A stretch of DNA of 59,122 nt from Candidatus Adlerbacteria bacterium RIFOXYC1_FULL_48_26 (GTDB taxonomy: Bacteria > Patescibacteriota > Minisyncoccia > Phycocordibacterales > SBAW01): NCBI GenBank assembly GCA_001773575.1, contig MEXB01000012.1, positions 1 through 59,122 of the forward strand, written 5' to 3'. Of the stretch, positions 38,812 to 46,282 are shown piece after piece. Numbering within the stretch: the first letter of the stretch is position 1; the number at the start of each line of letters is the position of its first letter. The notes beneath the pieces are model-generated. The model was given only the letters and a program-made list of their open reading frames with translations, did not search any database and was not told the DNA's origin. Both the position numbers and the translations under genes were made by a program.

Positions 38812-41121
38812 TTATAATTTTGCATTTTTAAGTCTAAGTGAGTTTGCGACGACCGTTACGCTCTCGAATGCCATAATGGCTCCGGCAATTGCGGGAGAAA
38901 GCGTCCAGCCAAAAAACGGGAAAAGTATCCCAGCCGCCACGGGGATACCTACGGAGTTGTATCCAAAGGACCAGATAAGGTTCTGCCAGATTGTGCGGTT
39001 GGTCTTTTTTGCGAGATTCACCGCTTCAGCCACCTTGCCGATATCGCCCTTCAGAAGCACGATGTCTGAGCTTTCAATAGCAATGTCCGAGCCATCGCTC
39101 ATTGAGATCGCGACGTCGGCCTGTGCGAGTGCTGGTGAATCGTTTACGCCGTCACCGATCATTGCCACTTTAAATCCTTTCTTCTGTAAGTCCTTAATAA
39201 GGTTTAACTTATCCTCTGGCTTCACATCGGTATAGACTTCGTCGATGCCAAGATCGCGTCCAACAGCTTCTCCGGTCTTTTTGTGATCGCCGGTTGCCAT
39301 GATTACTTTGAGGCCAAGCTTTTTCAGCTTTGCGATTTCTGCTTTTGCCTCGGCTTTGACGGTGTCGTGGATTTTCACGAGCGATAACACTTCCTTGTTG
39401 TTTGAGAGATAGAGTTCGCGTCCACTCTCGAACCGTCCGTCATGGAAATCCTTTCTGATTTGCTCTTCAGACTGTTTGGTTACTTCGCCAATGTAAGCAA
39501 TCGAACCAAGGTAGTACATTGTGCCGTTATGGGTGGCAGAAAGACCTTTACCCGGCACTTCCTTGATGTCCGCTACTTCAACACTTTTTGCTTTTGCATC
39601 ATTGAGCCAGCTTGCGATGCTTGCTGATATCGGATGCTTCGATGATTTTGTCATTGAGTAGATAAGGGACTGCTTGAAGTTGGTGTCCTCGACATCACAC
39701 ACGTGGTTCTCGTCCTTACAAAAAATGCCTTCGATCGAGAGTTTGTTTTCAGTGAGCGTGCCTGTCTTATCGAACACTAGCGCGGTTACTTTCGCGAGCT
39801 TTTCAAGGCTCTCTGCACTCTTGATAAGAATGCCTCGTCTGGCACCCGTGCCGACCCCCGTAATGATGGCGGTCGGCGTTGCAAGTCCGAGCGAGCACGG
39901 ACAAGCAATAACGAGCACAGCCATTGTGGTGTAGATCGCAAGTGCAAATGCCTTCGACATTCCGAATGCTTGAGGAGCAAATATCATCCACGATGCAAAA
40001 GTAACGACTGCGATGACAAGGACGATATATACAAAATATCCGGAGATCCGGTCAGCAACTCGCTCGATAGGCGCTTTCGAGTTCTGCGCGTTATCGACAA
40101 TGGTTATGATGTGTGCGAGAGCAGTATCTTTAACTTCTTTCTGCACCTCAATTTTAAGAAGGCCTTGAAAGTTCTGGGTTCCAGCAAACACGGAGGCACC
40201 AGACAGCTTATCGACTGGCACCGACTCTCCAGTGAGATTGGACTCATCCACGCTCGATGAACCGAAGACAACTTTGCCGTCTACCGGTATTTTCTCGTTC
40301 GGCTTTACGATCACAACATCACCAACCTCTACCTTTTCGATAGGGATCTCAATTTCTTTTCCGTCACGTTCTACTACTGCGAATTTACTCGTGAGTTGTG
40401 CGAGCTTTTGGAGGGCTTCATTAGTCTTTTTCTTGGCGCGTGCTTCGAGAAACTGGCCGAGAGCAATGAGACCGATGACGATAATAACGACATCATAATA
40501 ATTTGAGCTGACATCCAGATAGCGAGAGAGAGGAGCTTCAAACGCGGTAACGGCGAGAGAGTATATAAAGGCGACGATCGTCGAGATGCCCACCAGTACG
40601 TCCATGTTGGCAACGCCTGTCTTGAGGAATATCCATGTGGCTTTAATATACCTGCGGCCGATGCCGAAAAGCACAAAGCTCGCAAAAATCGGCATCAAAT
40701 GATGGAAGAACTCGTAGATCGTTTTCGGCATTGCTGGAATGACCCCGTTGCCCGAAAGCACATCCCAAAACATCATGACGAAAGAAAAAATAACCATCGG
40801 GATGACAAACTTCATCTCAAGAGCCATATTCCTCTCTCCCATTCCACCGGAGTGATCCATACGAGCGTGATCCTCAGCAGACATATTCATTTCAGCGGCG
40901 GTCTTTGATGTATCTTCAAAGGTGTAGCCGAGTGGTGAAATAACGTTGTTGAGCGTCTCCACCGAAAGTGGCGATCCAGAAAATACAACTTTTGCTTTTT
41001 CATTAGCTAGGCCGACGGATACAGATTCTACACCCGGCACCTTCGCCACTTTGTTTTGGATAAGGGAAACGCAGCTCGCGCAAGTCATGCCTTTTACTCT
41101 ATAAACGCTTGATGTAGACAT
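38812..41121 (-). CDS. copA: copper-translocating P1B-type ATPase
   Basis: 769 aa. HMA domain with GMTCASC, CPC in TM6 (ACPCSLGLATP), DKTGTLT and GDGVNDSPAL. Confidence 0.93.
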   Translation of the reverse strand: MSTSSVYRVKGMTCASCVSLIQNKVAKVPGVESVSVGLANEKAKVVFSGSPLSVETLNNVISPLGYTFEDTSKTAAEMNMSAEDHARMDHSGGMGERNMALEMKFVIPMVIFSFVMMFWDVLSGNGVIPAMPKTIYEFFHHLMPIFASFVLFGIGRRYIKATWIFLKTGVANMDVLVGISTIVAFIYSLAVTAFEAPLSRYLDVSSNYYDVVIIVIGLIALGQFLEARAKKKTNEALQKLAQLTSKFAVVERDGKEIEIPIEKVEVGDVVIVKPNEKIPVDGKVVFGSSSVDESNLTGESVPVDKLSGASVFAGTQNFQGLLKIEVQKEVKDTALAHIITIVDNAQNSKAPIERVADRISGYFVYIVLVIAVVTFASWMIFAPQAFGMSKAFALAIYTTMAVLVIACPCSLGLATPTAIITGVGTGARRGILIKSAESLEKLAKVTALVFDKTGTLTENKLSIEGIFCKDENHVCDVEDTNFKQSLIYSMTKSSKHPISASIASWLNDAKAKSVEVADIKEVPGKGLSATHNGTMYYLGSIAYIGEVTKQSEEQIRKDFHDGRFESGRELYLSNNKEVLSLVKIHDTVKAEAKAEIAKLKKLGLKVIMATGDHKKTGEAVGRDLGIDEVYTDVKPEDKLNLIKDLQKKGFKVAMIGDGVNDSPALAQADVAISMSDGSDIAIESSDIVLLKGDIGKVAEAVNLAKKTNRTIWQNLIWSFGYNSVGIPVAAGILFPFFGWTLSPAIAGAIMAFESVTVVANSLRLKNAKL

Positions 41122-41124
41122 ACA

Positions 41125-41400
41125 TTATTTCCTCTTAAGCTTGTAGACTTTGAGCACCTCCGCTTTTGCCTTACCTGATTGGCCGGAGGACATCTGATGA
41201 TGTACGCAGTGATCAAGGTGGTTTTCGAGCAGAATATCCTCAACATTTGAAAGTCCCTGTTTTACCGCCGAGGTCTGCGTGATGACATCAATGCAATAGG
41301 TGTCGTTCTCAACCATTTTCTGTAATCCACGCACCTGACCCTCTAAGACCTTAAGACGACGAACAATCTTGGTTTTGTTTTTCTCGTCCATGTATTTCAT
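41125..41400 (-). CDS. csoR: CsoR/RcnR-family metal-sensing repressor
   Basis: 91 aa. RL+R.EGQ.RG...M and the C-x(n)-H-x3-C ligand pattern (YCIDV...HLDHC). Confidence 0.88.
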   Translation of the reverse strand: MKYMDEKNKTKIVRRLKVLEGQVRGLQKMVENDTYCIDVITQTSAVKQGLSNVEDILLENHLDHCVHHQMSSGQSGKAKAEVLKVYKLKRK

Positions 41401-41406
41401 AAGCTG

Positions 41407-41434
41407 ATTATACCCCCTAGGGGGTATCAGTCAA
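41407..41434 (-). promoter_or_regulatory. csoR-copA promoter with embedded CsoR operator
   Basis: Minus strand reads TTGACT-(16 nt)-TATAAT. The spacer and -10 contain the perfect palindrome ATACCCCCTAGGGGGTAT (41410-41427). Only 6 nt separate the -10 from the ATG. Confidence 0.75.
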
Positions 41435-41532
41435 TTTGACCTACCAACAAGAGGCTTTGCGATGCTCTCGACTCCCGGAAGTCTCAGTGTCATCCATTAG
41501 ATATGGAGATTACAACGAGACCCCCGGCAAGC

Positions 41533-41562
41533 GCGGACATTATCAGCACAGAGCAGTACAGG
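41533..41562. repeat. repeat segment B (right copy)
   Basis: gcggacattatcagcacagagcagtacagg matches 36371-36399. Confidence 0.8.
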
Positions 41563-41594
41563 TGGAAAATGATCGCAATCGATCTAAAGCTGCT

Positions 41595-42164
41595 TTATTT
41601 TTTTGTATGTGGAAATTTGAAAAAGAAATCTCCAGCATCTTTCAAATTAAAATGTGGGCACTCGCCATCTACTAGATGGTTGAGTATGTTCGAGCTTTCT
41701 AAGCTATGTCGGTTGCCATCGTATTCTTGGCATGCAGCAGGACGTCCACCTTGATGCCAAGGGGTTACCATTTCGATAAAAAGCCCTACCGCTGTGGAAG
41801 CAAGCACCCCATTTGGCCACACAACCTGTGGTTGTCCTCCTGCTGCTCCATATTTTTGAGCTTCTTCAGCCAATGACTCTTGTGTAAGTATGCGCATACA
41901 CCAAAGGCATGGCTCACCAGGAATAGAGCGCGCCGCTTGGCCCACGATTGAGTAGTGCGTATCATCATCAAATACTTCCATGCCTATATCTATATAGGGA
42001 ATTTGGAATCGCCGCGCAAAATTTTCGAGATCAGCAGTTTCCCCAAACGAAACACCAATCTTACCCACTAACAACCAGACGTAACCAGCGTTTATCACTT
42101 TTTGGGCAACCCGTGGGCAACCAATGGATAGAGAGCCAGAATCAAATTCCAGAGGAACAAGCAA
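41595..42164 (-). pseudogene. 5'-truncated ThiF/E1-like adenylyltransferase remnant
   Basis: The 189-codon frame has only a TTG start, no SD and no Rossmann GxGxxG. It keeps the E1-type C-terminal half: PYIDIGM...PGEPCLWC...PQVVWPNGVLASTAVGLFIEMV...GECPHF. Confidence 0.5.
42049..42122. repeat. repeat segment A (right copy, inside the E1-like frame)
   Basis: Matches 36297-36370. Contains the tandem motif ggcaaccc-gt-gggcaacc. Confidence 0.8.
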
Positions 42165-42193
42165 ACAAAGGTTAAAAACACAAAAACATTTTG

Positions 42194-42280
42194 CGGAGAG
42201 GGAGGGATTCGAACCCTCGAGAGGTATTACCCTCTACCTCCTTAGCAAGGAGGCACAATCGACCACTCTGACACCTCTCC
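42194..42280 (-). tRNA. tRNA-Ser(GCT)
   Basis: GGAGAGGTGTCAGAGTGGTCGATTGTG-CCTCC-TTGCTAA-GGAGG. Long variable arm AGAGG-GTAATA-CCTCT, T-arm GAGGG-TTCGAAT-CCCTC, acceptor CCTCTCC, discriminator G. No encoded CCA. Confidence 0.9.
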
Positions 42281-42350
42281 TTATATTGAACGCGAACAAA
42301 GACACCTTAGCATTTTTGGGGAGAAAACGGAACTAAAGGGAAAATAAAAT

Positions 42351-42384
42351 ACAAATAAAAAGGGCACCGGATGAGCCGGTGCCC
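42351..42384 (-). terminator. rho-independent terminator
   Basis: gggcaccgg / ccggtgccc stem (42362-42370 / 42376-42384). U-tract on the minus strand. 14 nt after the stop at 42398. Confidence 0.75.
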
Positions 42385-42397
42385 TGCCCCATTGGGG

Positions 42398-42772
42398 CTA
42401 CTTCTTCTCGACGGCCGCTGCCGCGACCTTCTTCATGCCTGCGGCGATCTGCGCGTCATCCAGCCTGTCGATTGCTTTGCCACAGGCTTCGGCCGCAGCC
42501 TGGTCGGGCGCGAACTTGCCCTTCTGAAGGTCAGTGGCCTGCGCCGAGTTGCTGAGGCCCTTCATCTGCTTCACCTGGTCGACCGTGCGATCGGGCGCGG
42601 CGAGATAGGACTTCACGCAATAGTCTGCCTGCACGCTGGCCGTGGCCGAAGCGGCAGCCTGGGCGGCATCCCGCTTGGCAGAACTTCCGAGAACTACGAC
42701 GCCTGACGCCCACATGACGAGACCGACGACGACGGCCACGCCGAAGCCTTGAGCATACGGTTTAACTTGCAT
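42398..42772 (-). CDS. hypothetical Ala-rich membrane-anchored protein (high-GC block)
   Basis: 124 aa. N-terminal TM helix GFGVAVVVGLVMWASGVVVL. Has its own terminator. Composition is unlike the backbone. Confidence 0.6.
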   Translation of the reverse strand: MQVKPYAQGFGVAVVVGLVMWASGVVVLGSSAKRDAAQAAASATASVQADYCVKSYLAAPDRTVDQVKQMKGLSNSAQATDLQKGKFAPDQAAAEACGKAIDRLDDAQIAAGMKKVAAAAVEKK

Positions 42773-42899
42773 CGAGAGCCTCCTTGTACTTCTTGTGAGC
42801 GGTACGAGAACTTCGCCCGCTGATATAACAGTACCAACTTGGCATCAAATAGATAGGGTGCTAATCTCACTCTCGGCAGTCACAAATATGAGGTAGAAA

Positions 42900-43310
42900 A
42901 TGATGGATTCATTGGGTGTCCGTGAGAACTGGCACAACGTGGAAAAACACGCGGCCTTCTGGTGCACCAAGGAGAAAGCGGCTCTCCCCTGGCAGTACAT
43001 GGAGGAGAAAGAGCGTGAACATCTCGCCCGAGCTCTGTTCGAGCGGATAGTGCGCCCGTATGAGACTCCTGCGCAGCCATGTAAAACGGTTCAGCCACGC
43101 GCACGTCTTCCACACATGTGCGTGGTGAAAAGAGAGCACCGGCTCTGCACTGAAGTACTCATCGACATGATGACTTGGCAGCGACTGGGAACCACGCACC
43201 CTGCGCTGAAAGTATCGGCGGTGTATCTTGCCCTCTGCTACAGCAGCGTGAGCGGCACGTTCGACATCAACAACTTCACCGAGCAGTACAAACAAGCAAA
43301 TCGTTTTTAG
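42900..43310 (+). CDS. hypothetical protein (high-GC block)
   Basis: 136 aa. GAGGT 6 nt upstream of the ATG and a clean terminator after the stop. Preferred over the antisense ORF 42909..43451. Confidence 0.55.
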   Translation: MMDSLGVRENWHNVEKHAAFWCTKEKAALPWQYMEEKEREHLARALFERIVRPYETPAQPCKTVQPRARLPHMCVVKREHRLCTEVLIDMMTWQRLGTTHPALKVSAVYLALCYSSVSGTFDINNFTEQYKQANRF

Positions 43311-43335
43311 AACCCTTCGGGGTTCTTTCTTTTTA
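43309..43335 (+). terminator. rho-independent terminator
   Basis: agaaccc-ttcg-gggttct, then a tttcttttt tail. Confidence 0.75.
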
Positions 43336-43336
43336 T

Positions 43337-43369
43337 AAAAAGAAAAACCGCTCCATTGCTGGAACGGTT
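43337..43369 (-). terminator. rho-independent terminator after lysC
   Basis: aaccgctcca / tggaacggtt stem (one mismatch). U-tract on the minus strand. 9 nt after the lysC stop. Confidence 0.65.
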
Positions 43370-43377
43370 GTTGAAAT

Positions 43378-44697
43378 TTACGGACCAAAGAACTCGTCAT
43401 GGATTGCCCGCATGGCCTTGACGCAGTCTTCTGTCTTGACCCCGAGGACAATATCGTTTTCCTCGAGCCCTTGGTCCACCATACGAACGCTCACGCCGGC
43501 GGCGGCCACTGCCCCGGAAACGCGCGCCAGCAGACCTGGCTTGTTCATCATCCGCTGCCCAACCACACAAATGAGTGCAAGGTCGGGCTGGATAATAACT
43601 TCGACAGGACCGCAGTCTCTTCCGATTTCACCGATAATCTGCCCGGCCTTGCCGTTGACCTGCCCACGCTCGACGACACAGTCGATAGTGCGCATGCCAC
43701 CAGGCATATGTTCGATATTGATCTTGTGGCGAGCGAGTACCCCTGTCACGCGGTGAATGAATCCGACTTCTGCATTCATCAACGCCTTCTTAACGCGTAT
43801 AGCCATGAAGTCCTGCCGCGCAGCGATCCCCACAACGGGACAGTCGTCCCTATCGCCAAGACGATCTTCAGGCACGATGAGCGTGCCGACATCGTCGGGC
43901 CGGTTAGTGTTGCGCACCTGGATGGCGATACACGCCTCTTCAACCGGAAGAGTTGCTTCGGGATGAAGAACGGAAGCTCCCTGATAGGCGAGCTCGCCGG
44001 CCTCTTCGTAGGTCATGGAGATGATGCTCTTGGCGTTAGACACGAGCCGAGGGTCGGCCGTGTAAAAACCAGAAACATCCGTCCAGTTCTCGTAGAGGTT
44101 GGCACCCACAATCGCAGCGACGATGGAGCCGGTGAGATCAGACCCTCCACGAGAGAAGGTCTTGATGTCACCGTTTGGCATCGCGCCGTAGAAACCTGGG
44201 ATCACGCAACCCTCTTTGAGGTCGAGCAATCTGTCGCGGGCCTCTTTGCACGCAGACATGTCCAGATTTCCATTCCAGTCGAACTTGATGAACGTAGCTG
44301 GATCCACAAATGTAAATCCAGATACGGCGGCGAAGAGTTTACCCATCAGGTACTCTCCCCGACTCTTGATCATGTCTTCGGAACATTCGGCCGGTCGGCC
44401 GAGGAAGTGCAGGTCGTCACCGAGCGTAAACGTAGAACCGAGGTCGCGAGTGATGTCAGCAAAACGCGAACGGATGACACGAGCATGTGCCGCCTGCGCG
44501 TTCTGGTTGCTCTGATTTTGCTTGAGCGCAATCAGCTCATCGGTGATCTTGGTGGAATACCGCTCACTCTTGCCTGGCGCCGAGACGACGACAAACCGAC
44601 GCCGCGGATCGCTTTTGACGATCTCCAGAACCTTTCGGATCTGGTCTGCGTCGGCCAAGGACGAACCGCCAAACTTCGAAACAAGAATCTCGCCCAT
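43378..44697 (-). CDS. lysC: aspartate kinase
   Basis: 439 aa. VSKFGGSSL N-terminal kinase motif, VVSAPGK, and C-terminal tandem ACT-like segments. Confidence 0.88.
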   Translation of the reverse strand: MGEILVSKFGGSSLADADQIRKVLEIVKSDPRRRFVVVSAPGKSERYSTKITDELIALKQNQSNQNAQAAHARVIRSRFADITRDLGSTFTLGDDLHFLGRPAECSEDMIKSRGEYLMGKLFAAVSGFTFVDPATFIKFDWNGNLDMSACKEARDRLLDLKEGCVIPGFYGAMPNGDIKTFSRGGSDLTGSIVAAIVGANLYENWTDVSGFYTADPRLVSNAKSIISMTYEEAGELAYQGASVLHPEATLPVEEACIAIQVRNTNRPDDVGTLIVPEDRLGDRDDCPVVGIAARQDFMAIRVKKALMNAEVGFIHRVTGVLARHKINIEHMPGGMRTIDCVVERGQVNGKAGQIIGEIGRDCGPVEVIIQPDLALICVVGQRMMNKPGLLARVSGAVAAAGVSVRMVDQGLEENDIVLGVKTEDCVKAMRAIHDEFFGP

Positions 44698-44798
44698 ATT
44701 TCTCTCCTTAAAGGACGTTTACCTACAATGCAACGTACCAAAACCGCCCTATTCTGCAAGCAAAAGAAAAGGCCCACTCTTTCGAGCAGGCCTTGGAT

Positions 44799-45074
44799 TC
44801 ATACGCCGTGCAAGTTGCTCTGTCTCGGCTTCACCACACCGTCTTCCCAGACAGCCGCAAAGGTTGCCCCGGCCGTGACCATGCAGACAGTCACCTCGAC
44901 TACAACCTCAGGCGGACCAGCCTCCGGAAGAGCAGCTCTAAAATTTGCCGCCATACCAGGATGTAGGCGCAACTTGTGAGCTAGCTCGTGGAGCTCTCGG
45001 GCTGCTTTGTCGAGCGCCTCTGAAATATCCTCGACACACCTCTGCCGAGGCTCGGAAGTTGATAATGCGTCCAC
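44799..45074 (-). CDS. hypothetical protein (high-GC block)
   Basis: 91-aa ORF followed by a hairpin at about 44763-44793. No recognisable motifs. Confidence 0.4.
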   Translation of the reverse strand: MDALSTSEPRQRCVEDISEALDKAARELHELAHKLRLHPGMAANFRAALPEAGPPEVVVEVTVCMVTAGATFAAVWEDGVVKPRQSNLHGV

Positions 45075-45122
45075 ACATGCCTCTCTTTCTGACTCGAGAT
45101 CTATAGCTTCGTATACTGTAGA

Positions 45123-46265
45123 TTATTTTATCGCTTTCGCAACTGCCTGGACGACACCTTTGTCGAAAGGTCCGGGAACAATTTTTTCTGCCGTTGGTTT
45201 TTTGACGAGCGCTGCGAGATTTTTTGCAGCCTTGAGTTTCATATCGTCAGTGATTTTTGTAACTTTGTTGTCGAGCGCACCGCGAAATACTCCTGGGAAT
45301 ACGAGGGAGTTATTTATCTGGTTTGGATAGTCACTGCGGCCAGTACCAATAACTGCTGCCCCGCCCTTCTTTGCCTCTTCAGGCATAATCTCTGGTGTTG
45401 GGTTTGCCATTGCAAGAACTATAGAATTTTTTGCCATCAAACGGACATCAGTAGCGCTCATAAGGCCCGGGCCAGATACGCCGAGCACGACATCTGCACC
45501 TGTAAGTGCGTCTTGGAGCGAGCCGTGAACATCGCGCGGATTGGTTTTATCTGCCAAATCTTTTTTGTGGCCCGTAAGGTCGGTGCGTTTTTTAGAAAGT
45601 GTACCTTTTCGGTCGAGCACAATAATATCTTTTACCTCTGCCTTCAAAAGAAGTTTTGTAACAGCGGTACCCGCAGCACCTGCCCCTGCGACAACTACTT
45701 TCAGTTTCTTGAAATCTTTTTTAACAACCTTCGCTGCATTTATAAGAGCTGCAAGAACGGCAATAGCAGTTCCGTGCTGGTCGTCATGCATAACAGGAAT
45801 ATCGAGCGCAGCTTTTACACGGTCTTCTATTTCAAAACAATTAGGCGCAGCAAAATCTTCCAGGTTAATACCACCGAAGGCCGGAGCGATGCGAATGATG
45901 GTTTCAACAACCTCATCTACGTTTTGTGTGTCGAGCACAATCGGAAACGCATCTACATTCGCGAATGTTTTAAAAAGTGCAGCCTTCCCTTCCATAACAG
46001 GGAGGGCGCCAAGTGCGCCAATGTTGCCAAGACCGAGCACTGCTGAGCCGTCAGAGATCACAGCAATCATCTTTCCTTTTATTGTGTATTCGCGCGCCAA
46101 CTTTTTATTTTTTGCGACAAGCATGGAGACCGCTGCCACACCTGGCGTGTATGCAAGTGACATATCAGCACGGTTTTTGATAGGTGTTGTTGGTGCAATA
46201 CGGATCTTTCCACCCCATTTCTTATGTAAAGCAATAGCGCGCTTGGCTGTGTCGGTTTTTTTCAT
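45123..46265 (-). CDS. NAD(P)-dependent malic enzyme
   Basis: Start at the ATG at 46265 (MKKTDTAKRAIALH...). Motifs LAYTPGVA, VISDGSAVLGLGNIG, FGGINLEDF, DDQHGTA and GAGAAG. Confidence 0.9.
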   Translation of the reverse strand: MKKTDTAKRAIALHKKWGGKIRIAPTTPIKNRADMSLAYTPGVAAVSMLVAKNKKLAREYTIKGKMIAVISDGSAVLGLGNIGALGALPVMEGKAALFKTFANVDAFPIVLDTQNVDEVVETIIRIAPAFGGINLEDFAAPNCFEIEDRVKAALDIPVMHDDQHGTAIAVLAALINAAKVVKKDFKKLKVVVAGAGAAGTAVTKLLLKAEVKDIIVLDRKGTLSKKRTDLTGHKKDLADKTNPRDVHGSLQDALTGADVVLGVSGPGLMSATDVRLMAKNSIVLAMANPTPEIMPEEAKKGGAAVIGTGRSDYPNQINNSLVFPGVFRGALDNKVTKITDDMKLKAAKNLAALVKKPTAEKIVPGPFDKGVVQAVAKAIK

Positions 46266-46282
46266 TTCTATATAATAAGGGA

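Larger units (their letters stand above)
36213..42193. mobile_element. putative tRNA-Ser(GCT)-associated genomic island with copper-resistance cargo; no integrase seen
   Basis: Bounded by the intact tRNA 3' end (42194) and the displaced 24-nt tRNA 3' copy (36189-36212). Cargo is csoR-copA plus accessory copper genes and an E1-like remnant. Confidence 0.5.

Noticed and set aside
41436-41754. 79-aa and 83-aa + strand ORFs between csoR and the E1-like remnant
   Set aside because: They have no SD and span the promoter/operator, repeat B and the antisense strand of the E1-like frame.
44698-44798. Lysine riboswitch (L-box) upstream of lysC
   Set aside because: The leader is only about 100 nt, and the terminator hairpin of the upstream gene takes up part of it. 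I saw no L-box-like conserved helices.
43399-44979. 526-aa + strand ORF across the lysC region
   Set aside because: It is antisense to aspartokinase in a roughly 65% GC block, where stop codons are rare. The composition is Arg/Pro/His-rich and no motifs are present.
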